Below, one piece after another: positions 35,389 to 42,761 of a DNA stretch of 42,761 nucleotides. The stretch lies in IMG/VR virus record IMGVR_UViG_3300032095_000018, positions 1-42,761 of that record, one strand, 5' to 3'. A program made the position numbers and the translations under genes. This DNA comes from a virus (taxonomy: Duplodnaviria; Caudoviricetes). Below the pieces are notes generated by a model, which was not told the origin of the DNA, did no database searches, and worked only from the letters and a program-made list of their open reading frames with translations. Every line of letters starts with the position of its first letter. The stretch's first letter is position 1.

Positions 35389-35744
35389 CCCTCAATCGCC
35401 CTTTCTATTTGTTGCAAAAATTCTTCGATTGCTTCCTGCTCTGCTGGCCGTATATGAGGAATGGCTTCGACCCTGCCACCGCCTACTTTTGCATGGCCAT
35501 TCTCCAACAAGTGTGTAAGACGATATTCAGTGGCATTGTGAATGATAAACTTATTCCCAACCCGCTTTGCCTTCCATCCTTTTCGATAATCACCGGTAAG
35601 TTTAGGAGAAGGATGCTGTTTAAGCTGGGAGACCAGTTCCTTAGAAACCTCTTCCTTAGAGATTTCAACCTTTTCCCGGACATCTTGCTCGTACATCCGC
35701 AATTGCCGCATTATTTCATTGGAGAGATTATCAACGTTAGCCAT
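35385..35744 (-). CDS. HK97 gp10-family tail completion protein
   Basis: SPKLTGDYRKGW and YRLTHLLENGH motifs. Confidence 0.85.
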   Translation of the reverse strand: MANVDNLSNEIMRQLRMYEQDVREKVEISKEEVSKELVSQLKQHPSPKLTGDYRKGWKAKRVGNKFIIHNATEYRLTHLLENGHAKVGGGRVEAIPHIRPAEQEAIEEFLQQIERAIEG

Positions 35745-36100
35745 TACAAACGCTCCCTAGCAAGAATAGTCAAGGTTTCATCCAATTCATCATCATTAAT
35801 TGGAGGTTCAATGATATCAAAAATACGACCATTATAATCAATCCTCATGTTCTTGCTTATCCCTGGAATGTAATGAATGACAAAACGATAAGTTACCTCA
35901 GCTTGATCGGCAGATGCAGAGACATATTCTGAACCTTTAACTGTTTTAATCATTGCCCAAGAGCTTTTATATTGAGCCCAAACAATCTCTTTTTGTCTAA
36001 GCTCATCTTCTGTTGAAGTAGACTGCAAAAATGTAATACGGTTACGGAACAACCCTGAATTTAACCGGCTTCGGTATTTAAACGGCTGCATTTGCATCAC
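35744..36100 (-). CDS. Head closure protein (SPP1 gp16-like)
   Basis: RNRITF, WAMIKTVKGSEY, MRIDYNGRIFDI motifs. Confidence 0.88.
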   Translation of the reverse strand: MMQMQPFKYRSRLNSGLFRNRITFLQSTSTEDELRQKEIVWAQYKSSWAMIKTVKGSEYVSASADQAEVTYRFVIHYIPGISKNMRIDYNGRIFDIIEPPINDDELDETLTILARERL

Positions 36101-36104
36101 CTCT

Positions 36105-36434
36105 TTACATTACAGTCGTTGTTGTCGTAGTTGTCGAAGTAGTTGTGGTTGTTGTGTCTAATATGATTTCATCGAGAGCTTTATCTATTCCAAGGCTATT
36201 AATCTCACTCAGAAAATTTGTATTAAAGTACTCAAGAGCATCATTATAAACATACCGAGAACGCTCGAAGACAAGTTCCTTGAACGTTTCATCGGTATTT
36301 ATATCATAGGCCCCACAGGACCTAATAAGCGCCTTATTAGACGCAGAAAGGATGCGTTTCAAGTTATCATCTTCATGATCGCCCAGATGCATCCTTTGTT
36401 TAAACTCTGTTAAAAGTTCAGTAGTGATAGCCAT
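36105..36434 (-). CDS. Head-tail adaptor (HK97 gp6-like) with a C-terminal poly-Thr tail
   Basis: FKQRMHL...EDDNLKRIL...KELVFERSRYVYNDALEYF; ends DTTTTTTSTTTTTTTVM. Confidence 0.85.
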   Translation of the reverse strand: MAITTELLTEFKQRMHLGDHEDDNLKRILSASNKALIRSCGAYDINTDETFKELVFERSRYVYNDALEYFNTNFLSEINSLGIDKALDEIILDTTTTTTSTTTTTTTVM

Positions 36435-36478
36435 TTAATCACTCCTATCACAAAAAATAAACAACCTCTAGACACTCC

Positions 36479-37552
36479 CTAGTCAATTTCTTTTAAGACT
36501 GGTTGTCCGAAATTGTTGTTGTTTGAAAGCAGCTCTTTCAGGCGTTTTTTAGAAACCTTTTTATCTGCCGGTTTGGGAAAAGCCTCTCCCTTTTCATAAA
36601 ACTTTTTGTCATCCTGTAAATCAATAAAAGGATAAATAACTTCATATCCCATGTCTAAATCTCCTTTCATGACATCTTGAATAGCTTTGACATATTCAAT
36701 CGATGCCTTGTTAATATCAACTCCACTAAGATCATCATTGAAAGGGGTTGTGTCTGTGTACTTACCTTTAAAAAACAACCCTTGATAGTCGTCTACTACC
36801 CCAGCATTATGAAGAATCTTTGTTTCATAGTATCTAGTCACATTATTTGTAGGCCAGCAAAAGTCTAATTCAGTATTTACTTTAACGGTTTTTCCAAAAT
36901 GATAAACATTCCATAATTGAGCCCACATTTCTGCTGTCCACTTTTGAATAGGAGTATATCCTGGAGCGTTATTACGAATATACTCATGTTCTACGGACGT
37001 TAAAAATCTATAAAGTTTTACTGAATCCTCATAGACTTTTTTCCAGTACTCAAATGTTGGATTGTTTATTATCCATTGAGCTCCACCGGTGGGATTATAC
37101 CGTCTTATAACAGTGGGATCGATACCAACTACCTCGCACATACGTTCCAGTAAATCGGAACCCTTGCTGTCTATATAATCAATACCAATATAAGCCGAGC
37201 AATCTGAGGCATACCAAACATTTTCCTCTGGTGTCACTTTCGGAACTTCTCTTAGCAACACATCACTGTCCAAATAAAAAAATGAACCGTTTTCTCTTGA
37301 ACGATCCTCTTCTAAATATTTCATCCACAAATACGGCTTTACAGATGGAATATAACTTTTATCTCTCGTTTTATCTTCATATACATGAACTTCAACCTGG
37401 TACTTACTTTGAAAATATCTAGGTATTCCATCGTCCCACTTAGCAAAAAGCAGGACGATATCTTGAACACCTATTTTTTTCAAACGAGTTAAACAAACTT
37501 CGAGTTCCCATTCAAACCGTTTAATGGCCGGCTGACATAATATGAATTTCAT
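36479..37552 (-). CDS. Putative GT-A glycosyltransferase fused to a small head-associated domain
   Basis: FFYLDSDV (DxD) motif, YIPSVKPY, GGAQW, KWTAEMWA and ILHNAGV; the last 57 aa form a separate small domain with their own SD and ATG. Confidence 0.7.
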   Translation of the reverse strand: MKFILCQPAIKRFEWELEVCLTRLKKIGVQDIVLLFAKWDDGIPRYFQSKYQVEVHVYEDKTRDKSYIPSVKPYLWMKYLEEDRSRENGSFFYLDSDVLLREVPKVTPEENVWYASDCSAYIGIDYIDSKGSDLLERMCEVVGIDPTVIRRYNPTGGAQWIINNPTFEYWKKVYEDSVKLYRFLTSVEHEYIRNNAPGYTPIQKWTAEMWAQLWNVYHFGKTVKVNTELDFCWPTNNVTRYYETKILHNAGVVDDYQGLFFKGKYTDTTPFNDDLSGVDINKASIEYVKAIQDVMKGDLDMGYEVIYPFIDLQDDKKFYEKGEAFPKPADKKVSKKRLKELLSNNNNFGQPVLKEID

Positions 37553-37561
37553 ATTTTAAAA

Positions 37562-38725
37562 TTAAACTGCTGCTGTAGTTGTTGTAGTTGTTGTTGGGAA
37601 AGTGATATTCAAGTCATAAACTAGAGCCGCTTTATTATCCTTTGGCTTACCATTCGCAAACTGCTTGATGGTGTAAAGAGTAGCATCTTCGATGGCAAGA
37701 GTCTGATCAAATTTCTTAAGCTTGTATCCACCAGCGATTGCAGCAAGGTATTGCCCTTTAACAAAGAATAGAGCTTTTTTAACAGGTACTTCTTCAGACT
37801 CTACAACTTGAATGTTGTAAGGAAGAGCCATAACCCATTGACCGGTAGCAGTTTGAATAGTGTTACGAGCTTGTACTGCGATGGCATCCACAGGATTTAC
37901 AACCATAACAATTTTATTTAATACTTTTCTTGATTTACCCTCAGCATCTGTGGAAAGGGCAGTGACTACATTGTAAAGTTCTCCAGACACAGTCTCACCA
38001 TATTGAGATGGAGCGAAAGTCAAGGTGCCAGAAGATGTTTTAGTAGTTACTGCGTTTGTAGCTGGATCAACGTTTTTCATTAATCCAATTGGCTGGTTTG
38101 CTCCTGTACCATTAACATAACCGTACTCAAGGCCTGTAGAGTAAGATTCGACCAAAAGAGTTCGTACATAACGCTCAATCCACACAGGGCCAAGTTCAAG
38201 CATGTCATTTGGAACGACTGCAAAGGCAGTTAATTTCAGTTGACCGAATTCTTCTTCACTAAACGCTGTGTTAACTTGTCCAGCAATTCCCCCGAATAAT
38301 TGACCCCACGCGTAAGCTTTAGTCGGATCTGAAGTAATCCAGCGTGTGACCGCTCCAAGATCCTGAATGCCGATAGCTTCAAGCAATGGATGCTCTTGAA
38401 CTAGATCCTCAAATACACGTTCTTGAGTAGTTACAGGGAGGATGGAATCATCCTTAAACCCGCCTTCAAGTACAGCAGCATTGAAAAACTTCATTTCTTC
38501 AGAAGTAAGAACGTTTTGCCCGCGTTGCTGCAGGATGGAACGATCAAGCATTTCATCATTCATTTGTGAACGAACAGAGTTTACAACCTCTGTCTGAAGA
38601 GCATCAAAATAGTTTTGGAATGCCGTTGTTTGTTCTGCTTCAGTTGCTTCTGTATTAGCTAGAGCAGCCGTTAATTTCTTTTTTGCTTCGTTAAATGTTT
38701 CTGATCGGTTAAATTTAATAGTCAT
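37562..38725 (-). CDS. Major capsid protein (HK97 fold) with a C-terminal poly-Thr tail
   Basis: ERVFEDLVQEHPLL, KLTAF, DMLELGPVWIERYV, GTGANQPIGL, FDQTLAIED motifs; ends FPTTTTTTTAAV. Confidence 0.95.
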   Translation of the reverse strand: MTIKFNRSETFNEAKKKLTAALANTEATEAEQTTAFQNYFDALQTEVVNSVRSQMNDEMLDRSILQQRGQNVLTSEEMKFFNAAVLEGGFKDDSILPVTTQERVFEDLVQEHPLLEAIGIQDLGAVTRWITSDPTKAYAWGQLFGGIAGQVNTAFSEEEFGQLKLTAFAVVPNDMLELGPVWIERYVRTLLVESYSTGLEYGYVNGTGANQPIGLMKNVDPATNAVTTKTSSGTLTFAPSQYGETVSGELYNVVTALSTDAEGKSRKVLNKIVMVVNPVDAIAVQARNTIQTATGQWVMALPYNIQVVESEEVPVKKALFFVKGQYLAAIAGGYKLKKFDQTLAIEDATLYTIKQFANGKPKDNKAALVYDLNITFPTTTTTTTAAV

Positions 38726-38746
38726 TATGGGTTTCCTCCAATTTTC

Positions 38747-39508
38747 TTATAAATTTAAAAAGAGCTTGCTCAGATTCCCTTTTGCAACTGCAGCAGGTTT
38801 CTGTCCAGGCTCTTTTTGTTGATTTTTAATTTTATTTAATTCATCTTGTAATGCTTGCATTTGAACTTTCATCTGAGTTAATTGATCGTCTTCATTTTCT
38901 TTCACAGTTGTTGCAGTAATAGTGGCAAATCCAATTTCAACTGCTTCATTTGCACTGAACCATGTTTCTTCATTGACCATACTGCGAATTTCTTCACGCT
39001 CAACGTTCGCTCGAGTCATGTAAATATCAATTATGCCGTCTTCTAACTTCTCAAGCATTTCTGCTTCTTTTCTCATGAGTGTTTTGCTTCCCCATACAAT
39101 TGTAGAAGCTTCATGGATCATCATCATTGCACCGGCACCCATAATTAATTCATCAGCCGCCATAGCTATGATTGAAGCAGCAGAGCACGCCCAACCATCT
39201 ACATTAATTGTGACTTTTCCTTTATGGGCTTTTAATCGATTATAAATAGCAATCCCGTCGAAGGCACTACCACCTGGAGAGTTTAGATTGATAATTAAAT
39301 CGTTACTGCCCGCTTCTTTCAAGGCACTGTCAACATCAGATGCTGAGGTAGATTCCCACCACCACGATTCACCAATGTCACCATAAATGGTCAGCTCGCT
39401 TACTCCATTTTCCTCATCGTGTGTCACGGCAAAATTGTGCGGAATACTTGCCAGCTGCTCATTATACTTTTGATTTTTAAAACCAAACTTGCGTTTCATC
39501 TGCTTCAT
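38747..39508 (-). CDS. ClpP-type prohead maturation protease
   Basis: INLNSPGGSAFDGIAIYN, CSAASIIAMA, MMMIHEA and ETWFSANEAVEIGFA motifs. Confidence 0.93.
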   Translation of the reverse strand: MKQMKRKFGFKNQKYNEQLASIPHNFAVTHDEENGVSELTIYGDIGESWWWESTSASDVDSALKEAGSNDLIINLNSPGGSAFDGIAIYNRLKAHKGKVTINVDGWACSAASIIAMAADELIMGAGAMMMIHEASTIVWGSKTLMRKEAEMLEKLEDGIIDIYMTRANVEREEIRSMVNEETWFSANEAVEIGFATITATTVKENEDDQLTQMKVQMQALQDELNKIKNQQKEPGQKPAAVAKGNLSKLFLNL

Positions 39509-40659
39509 TCTTTAGTCTCACCTCCTTCAGTGGTTTGCATTTCTGTATAGTTTTTCGTGATGAAGTGTTTATCCAAATTTGGATCATCCGATTGCTCATA
39601 ACCTGCCTCCCTTCTAATTTCGTTGCCAGTGAAGGCTCCTGAAGAAATAAGCTTATCAATGCTATTCGCAAGTTCAAACAGACTTTGAAAGGAAATACTT
39701 TTAATTTCTAACTTCTTTCCCTTCAAGTACTCCTCTTTAGTAAAGAACTTGCTATTGCCTTCATCAGATATTTTTTTGAGAAGGGGACTAACCGTATACA
39801 TCATATAATTCTTAGTTTGCTTTTCCACATCGGCCATATCACCATGAAGCAGGCTAACTGGAATACCTATTGCCATAGCAACTTGATCCAGGAATCCGTT
39901 GGTAACTTTATTTATTTCGTCCACACTTTGCCCTGAGCCGCTATTACCACCTGATGTTTCTGTATACTTAAAACCCTGCTGCTGTGGAACTATAGCAATA
40001 TCATTTTCACCAAATGCCTTATACATTTTATTAATAAATGCTTGTAGCTTGGATTGAGTATCTTGATCAAACGAATTCCGGGACTCTATATCCACAGTAC
40101 CCCGAATTTGATTTTTTCTTTTCAGGGAAGTTAAGATCCTGCCAAACAATTCGCCGTAATCAGCAAACAAGCCATCTATTAATGGTGCCAGCTTTTCGTT
40201 GCTATACCTCAAGTGCAAGACTTCATTTTGCTTGAAGGATCTCTTAAACTCATACTCTTTAATTTTCACCTTCGAGAAGGTGTCCTCCAGGACTGCATAT
40301 GCATTTCGCTGGAAGTCATCCGCAATAAGTAAATCGTCATCATCTGCCTGGATGATTAAACACTCATTGTCATAAATAAGCTTCGTTATAACTGTCTGCC
40401 AGAAGGTGCTGGCTGTCATATTCTTATTAGGTCTGACATTCAACCGGTAATAAAGTTCGTCTTTTTTAAAATCATTACCTTGCCTTATTCGGAATTCAGA
40501 CTGACTGATTGTCCTGGCTAAAAAGGATGCACAGGTATCAACTGCTAACCGCTTCATATGTAGACGCTTTGCTGTGTCTTGAAGCAGCTCCACATCAAAC
40601 ATAAAACCCAGCTCACTATTTCGTTTAAAAATCACGTCCAGGAATCCAATAGTAATCAC
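39505..40659 (-). CDS. Portal protein (HK97 family)
   Basis: YYRLNVRPN, VAMAIGIPVSLL, NEIRREAG motifs; follows terL. The start may be ATT at 40650. Confidence 0.93.
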   Translation of the reverse strand: MITIGFLDVIFKRNSELGFMFDVELLQDTAKRLHMKRLAVDTCASFLARTISQSEFRIRQGNDFKKDELYYRLNVRPNKNMTASTFWQTVITKLIYDNECLIIQADDDDLLIADDFQRNAYAVLEDTFSKVKIKEYEFKRSFKQNEVLHLRYSNEKLAPLIDGLFADYGELFGRILTSLKRKNQIRGTVDIESRNSFDQDTQSKLQAFINKMYKAFGENDIAIVPQQQGFKYTETSGGNSGSGQSVDEINKVTNGFLDQVAMAIGIPVSLLHGDMADVEKQTKNYMMYTVSPLLKKISDEGNSKFFTKEEYLKGKKLEIKSISFQSLFELANSIDKLISSGAFTGNEIRREAGYEQSDDPNLDKHFITKNYTEMQTTEGGETKE

Positions 40660-40664
40660 CTCCT

Positions 40665-42365
40665 TTAAAAGCTAATAGCATCAAGGAAAAAGTCTACTTC
40701 TTCTTCTAAATCTCTCGATGCCCATACACCATATAAAAACATCATAAAACCATCTGTTTTGCGTTTGACTTCTTCTTTTTTTCGATATACTTTGTTTCCA
40801 TTAGGCAGTCGTTTTACAAGTACATTATTTGTGTACCAACGCATAAGTGGATTATCGCCAAATATAACTTGCTCGTTTTGAAAAGCTATTTCGATACGTG
40901 GAGCTAATAATCCACTTGCTGCATCTGGATTTCGTATAATTTCAACTTCAAATCCAGCCGCTTCAAATAATGGTTTTAAAATATCCATTTTAAAATTATC
41001 ACCGATTATCTTCTTAATGTTCCAACCTTCCCCTCGTCTATCAACAAACCATTTGACAACAAGATGTGGATCCATCGTTTCAATGTCTAAGACAGTCAAA
41101 AGACCATCGCTTTCCCATTTGCGTATAGGCGCAAATTTACGATGATCTTTCTTATTATTGTTTTCAGATTTTTCCTTACTGTAAGCATAATGCTTGTCGG
41201 CAAACGGCTTGCAAATATACGAATGTGTAAGTTCTTTTGGTACAAAGTACTTTTCATCTTTTAAAAACAACAATCCCATAGCAACAAAATCACGAACAGA
41301 AGCATAATCTAAACAGCCAATACATTGACGTTTTTTTAATTCATCTAAATCATAATCTTGATTAGTTGCCATAATCTTTTTCCATGAGGTTACGCTTTTC
41401 TCTAAATCCACTTTTGGTAAGTTCATCCGTTTTGTAACAAATTCTTCATAACCATCTGGATTGTGTTCCAATTTGTTATATTGCTTCATCACAGTTCTCA
41501 ACAGTGTTTTAGCGTAACCTGTGAGTGGTGGATGGAATTGCGAATTCGCTTTTTGCCACATCTCGGAATTATGCATCTCTTCCTCTTTATCTAAGCAGCA
41601 TAAAAACGGGAATAGACCATCTTCGCGAATACTCACTTGGCCATCTAAAATATTATCAGCTCGCTCTAAAAGCTTGTCTAAAAATCCTTCGCGCACATAA
41701 CCATCTGAACCAACATAAAAGATTCTTGGATTCGGAACTTTACCAAGCCCGGATGTAAATACATCAACTGTGGAGGAATTTTCATATTGATGAATTTCTT
41801 CAAAAATAACACAACCGTCGCGCAAACCATCTTTTGTATTCGCATTAGAAGTATGATATTGGAACACTGATTTCGTGACACGCGCTTCAATTAAAGCTTT
41901 TTTATGATGGAAATGTCCTTTTAATCTGTCGTCTTTATCGATTTTATTAAATACTTCAGTGAACGACATTTTCGCTTGCTTTTCACTATTTGCCACAACT
42001 GATACATTGTAATTATCTATTCCGTGCAAATCGCTAATAAAATAATTTGCTAGAGTAGATATGCGTCCAGTCTTACCACCGCCACGGCCTTCATAATCTA
42101 AGTGTTCATCAAATACCAAAGAACCATCGCTGTAATACAAGAAAATGAAACATGTTTTGAATTTTTGAGTTAGTGTTAATGGAAAATAATACTTCTCTGT
42201 AAAAGCTATATAATTTTCGATTTGCTCACTATCAAAATACATATCATCGGCTGTTAATATGTCGCGCTCAATTAATTTCAGCAGCTTGATACGTCTTTTA
42301 TTTAGAATGATTTTGCCCTCTTGCCACTGGCGAATATACTCTTCGATGTACGGATAACTAATCAA
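40665..42365 (-). CDS. terL: Terminase large subunit
   Basis: GRGGGKT Walker A, VIFEEIHQY Walker B, LDYASVRD and RKTDGFM nuclease motifs. Confidence 0.95.
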   Translation of the reverse strand: MISYPYIEEYIRQWQEGKIILNKRRIKLLKLIERDILTADDMYFDSEQIENYIAFTEKYYFPLTLTQKFKTCFIFLYYSDGSLVFDEHLDYEGRGGGKTGRISTLANYFISDLHGIDNYNVSVVANSEKQAKMSFTEVFNKIDKDDRLKGHFHHKKALIEARVTKSVFQYHTSNANTKDGLRDGCVIFEEIHQYENSSTVDVFTSGLGKVPNPRIFYVGSDGYVREGFLDKLLERADNILDGQVSIREDGLFPFLCCLDKEEEMHNSEMWQKANSQFHPPLTGYAKTLLRTVMKQYNKLEHNPDGYEEFVTKRMNLPKVDLEKSVTSWKKIMATNQDYDLDELKKRQCIGCLDYASVRDFVAMGLLFLKDEKYFVPKELTHSYICKPFADKHYAYSKEKSENNNKKDHRKFAPIRKWESDGLLTVLDIETMDPHLVVKWFVDRRGEGWNIKKIIGDNFKMDILKPLFEAAGFEVEIIRNPDAASGLLAPRIEIAFQNEQVIFGDNPLMRWYTNNVLVKRLPNGNKVYRKKEEVKRKTDGFMMFLYGVWASRDLEEEVDFFLDAISF

Positions 42366-42694
42366 AGTAAACTACCACGCTTCGGGTTGCCTTCCACACT
42401 AGTTGATGCAGGGGCAGGGGCTGTCTTCAATTTAAATTTAATCGATTTTTCCAGGGCAATTTTTTGGGCATTGATTTTCATTTTTTCATTCATACTCGGA
42501 TGGCTCTTTGTGAATTTTTGCTTTCCGTTTTCGACAGTAATACTTACTCCATCACGATCGATTACTTCATCACAGGCAGCATCTAATTCATGCAGCCGAA
42601 TCAAATCATTTACCTTCTTTACTTCCAGCAGATCATCTGTATCAATCCGGGACAACAGCTGCTTTCTAAGTTCATCTAATTCTGTCTTTTCCAT
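42362..42694 (-). CDS. terS: Terminase small subunit (P27 family)
   Basis: DGVSITVENGKQKFTKSHP motif; upstream of terL with GGGGGAGGGG SD. Confidence 0.9.
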   Translation of the reverse strand: MEKTELDELRKQLLSRIDTDDLLEVKKVNDLIRLHELDAACDEVIDRDGVSITVENGKQKFTKSHPSMNEKMKINAQKIALEKSIKFKLKTAPAPASTSVEGNPKRGSLL

Positions 42695-42761
42695 GTTACC
42701 CCTCCCCCCTACCTCCCCTAATGTGAAAGGCTTATTTTAATTTTTTTTTTAGAGAATCGAC

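Noticed and set aside
34468-37594. (GTT/GTA)n-like tracts as simple-sequence repeats or assembly artefacts
   Set aside because: Mixed synonymous codons, in-frame position at three C-termini and shared terminal residues indicate selection on the protein.

Overview
The window looks like an essentially complete ~42.8 kb temperate siphovirus genome from a Bacillaceae host. It is linearised at what appears to be the cos packaging site and carries an intact attP. Most genes lie on the - strand. From the right end the order is: terminase small and large subunits, portal, ClpP-type protease, HK97-type major capsid, a glycosyltransferase-like gene, head-tail joining genes, major tail protein, tail chaperone with a -1 frameshift, tape measure, a giant multidomain distal-tail-like protein, hub, holins and amidase. 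These are followed by an SOS-box-controlled cassette (YolD, WYL-like, LexA-HTH), a lipoprotein, an FtsK/Replic_Relax/HTH cassette, attP-integrase-ImmA-CI/Cro, recombination and replication genes (Gam, Sak4, DUF669, primase-helicase plus iteron origin), accessory genes, ArpU and the packaging HNH. The standout observation is a candidate virion O-glycosylation system. A DxD glycosyltransferase-like gene sits directly after the major capsid gene and is fused to a small head protein. Three separate virion proteins (major capsid, head-tail adaptor, major tail tube) all end in poly-threonine tails (T7-AAV, T6-S-T7-VM, TTS-T7-AAV), which look like dedicated acceptor tags. All family assignments come from motif recognition and synteny only; no database searches were run.
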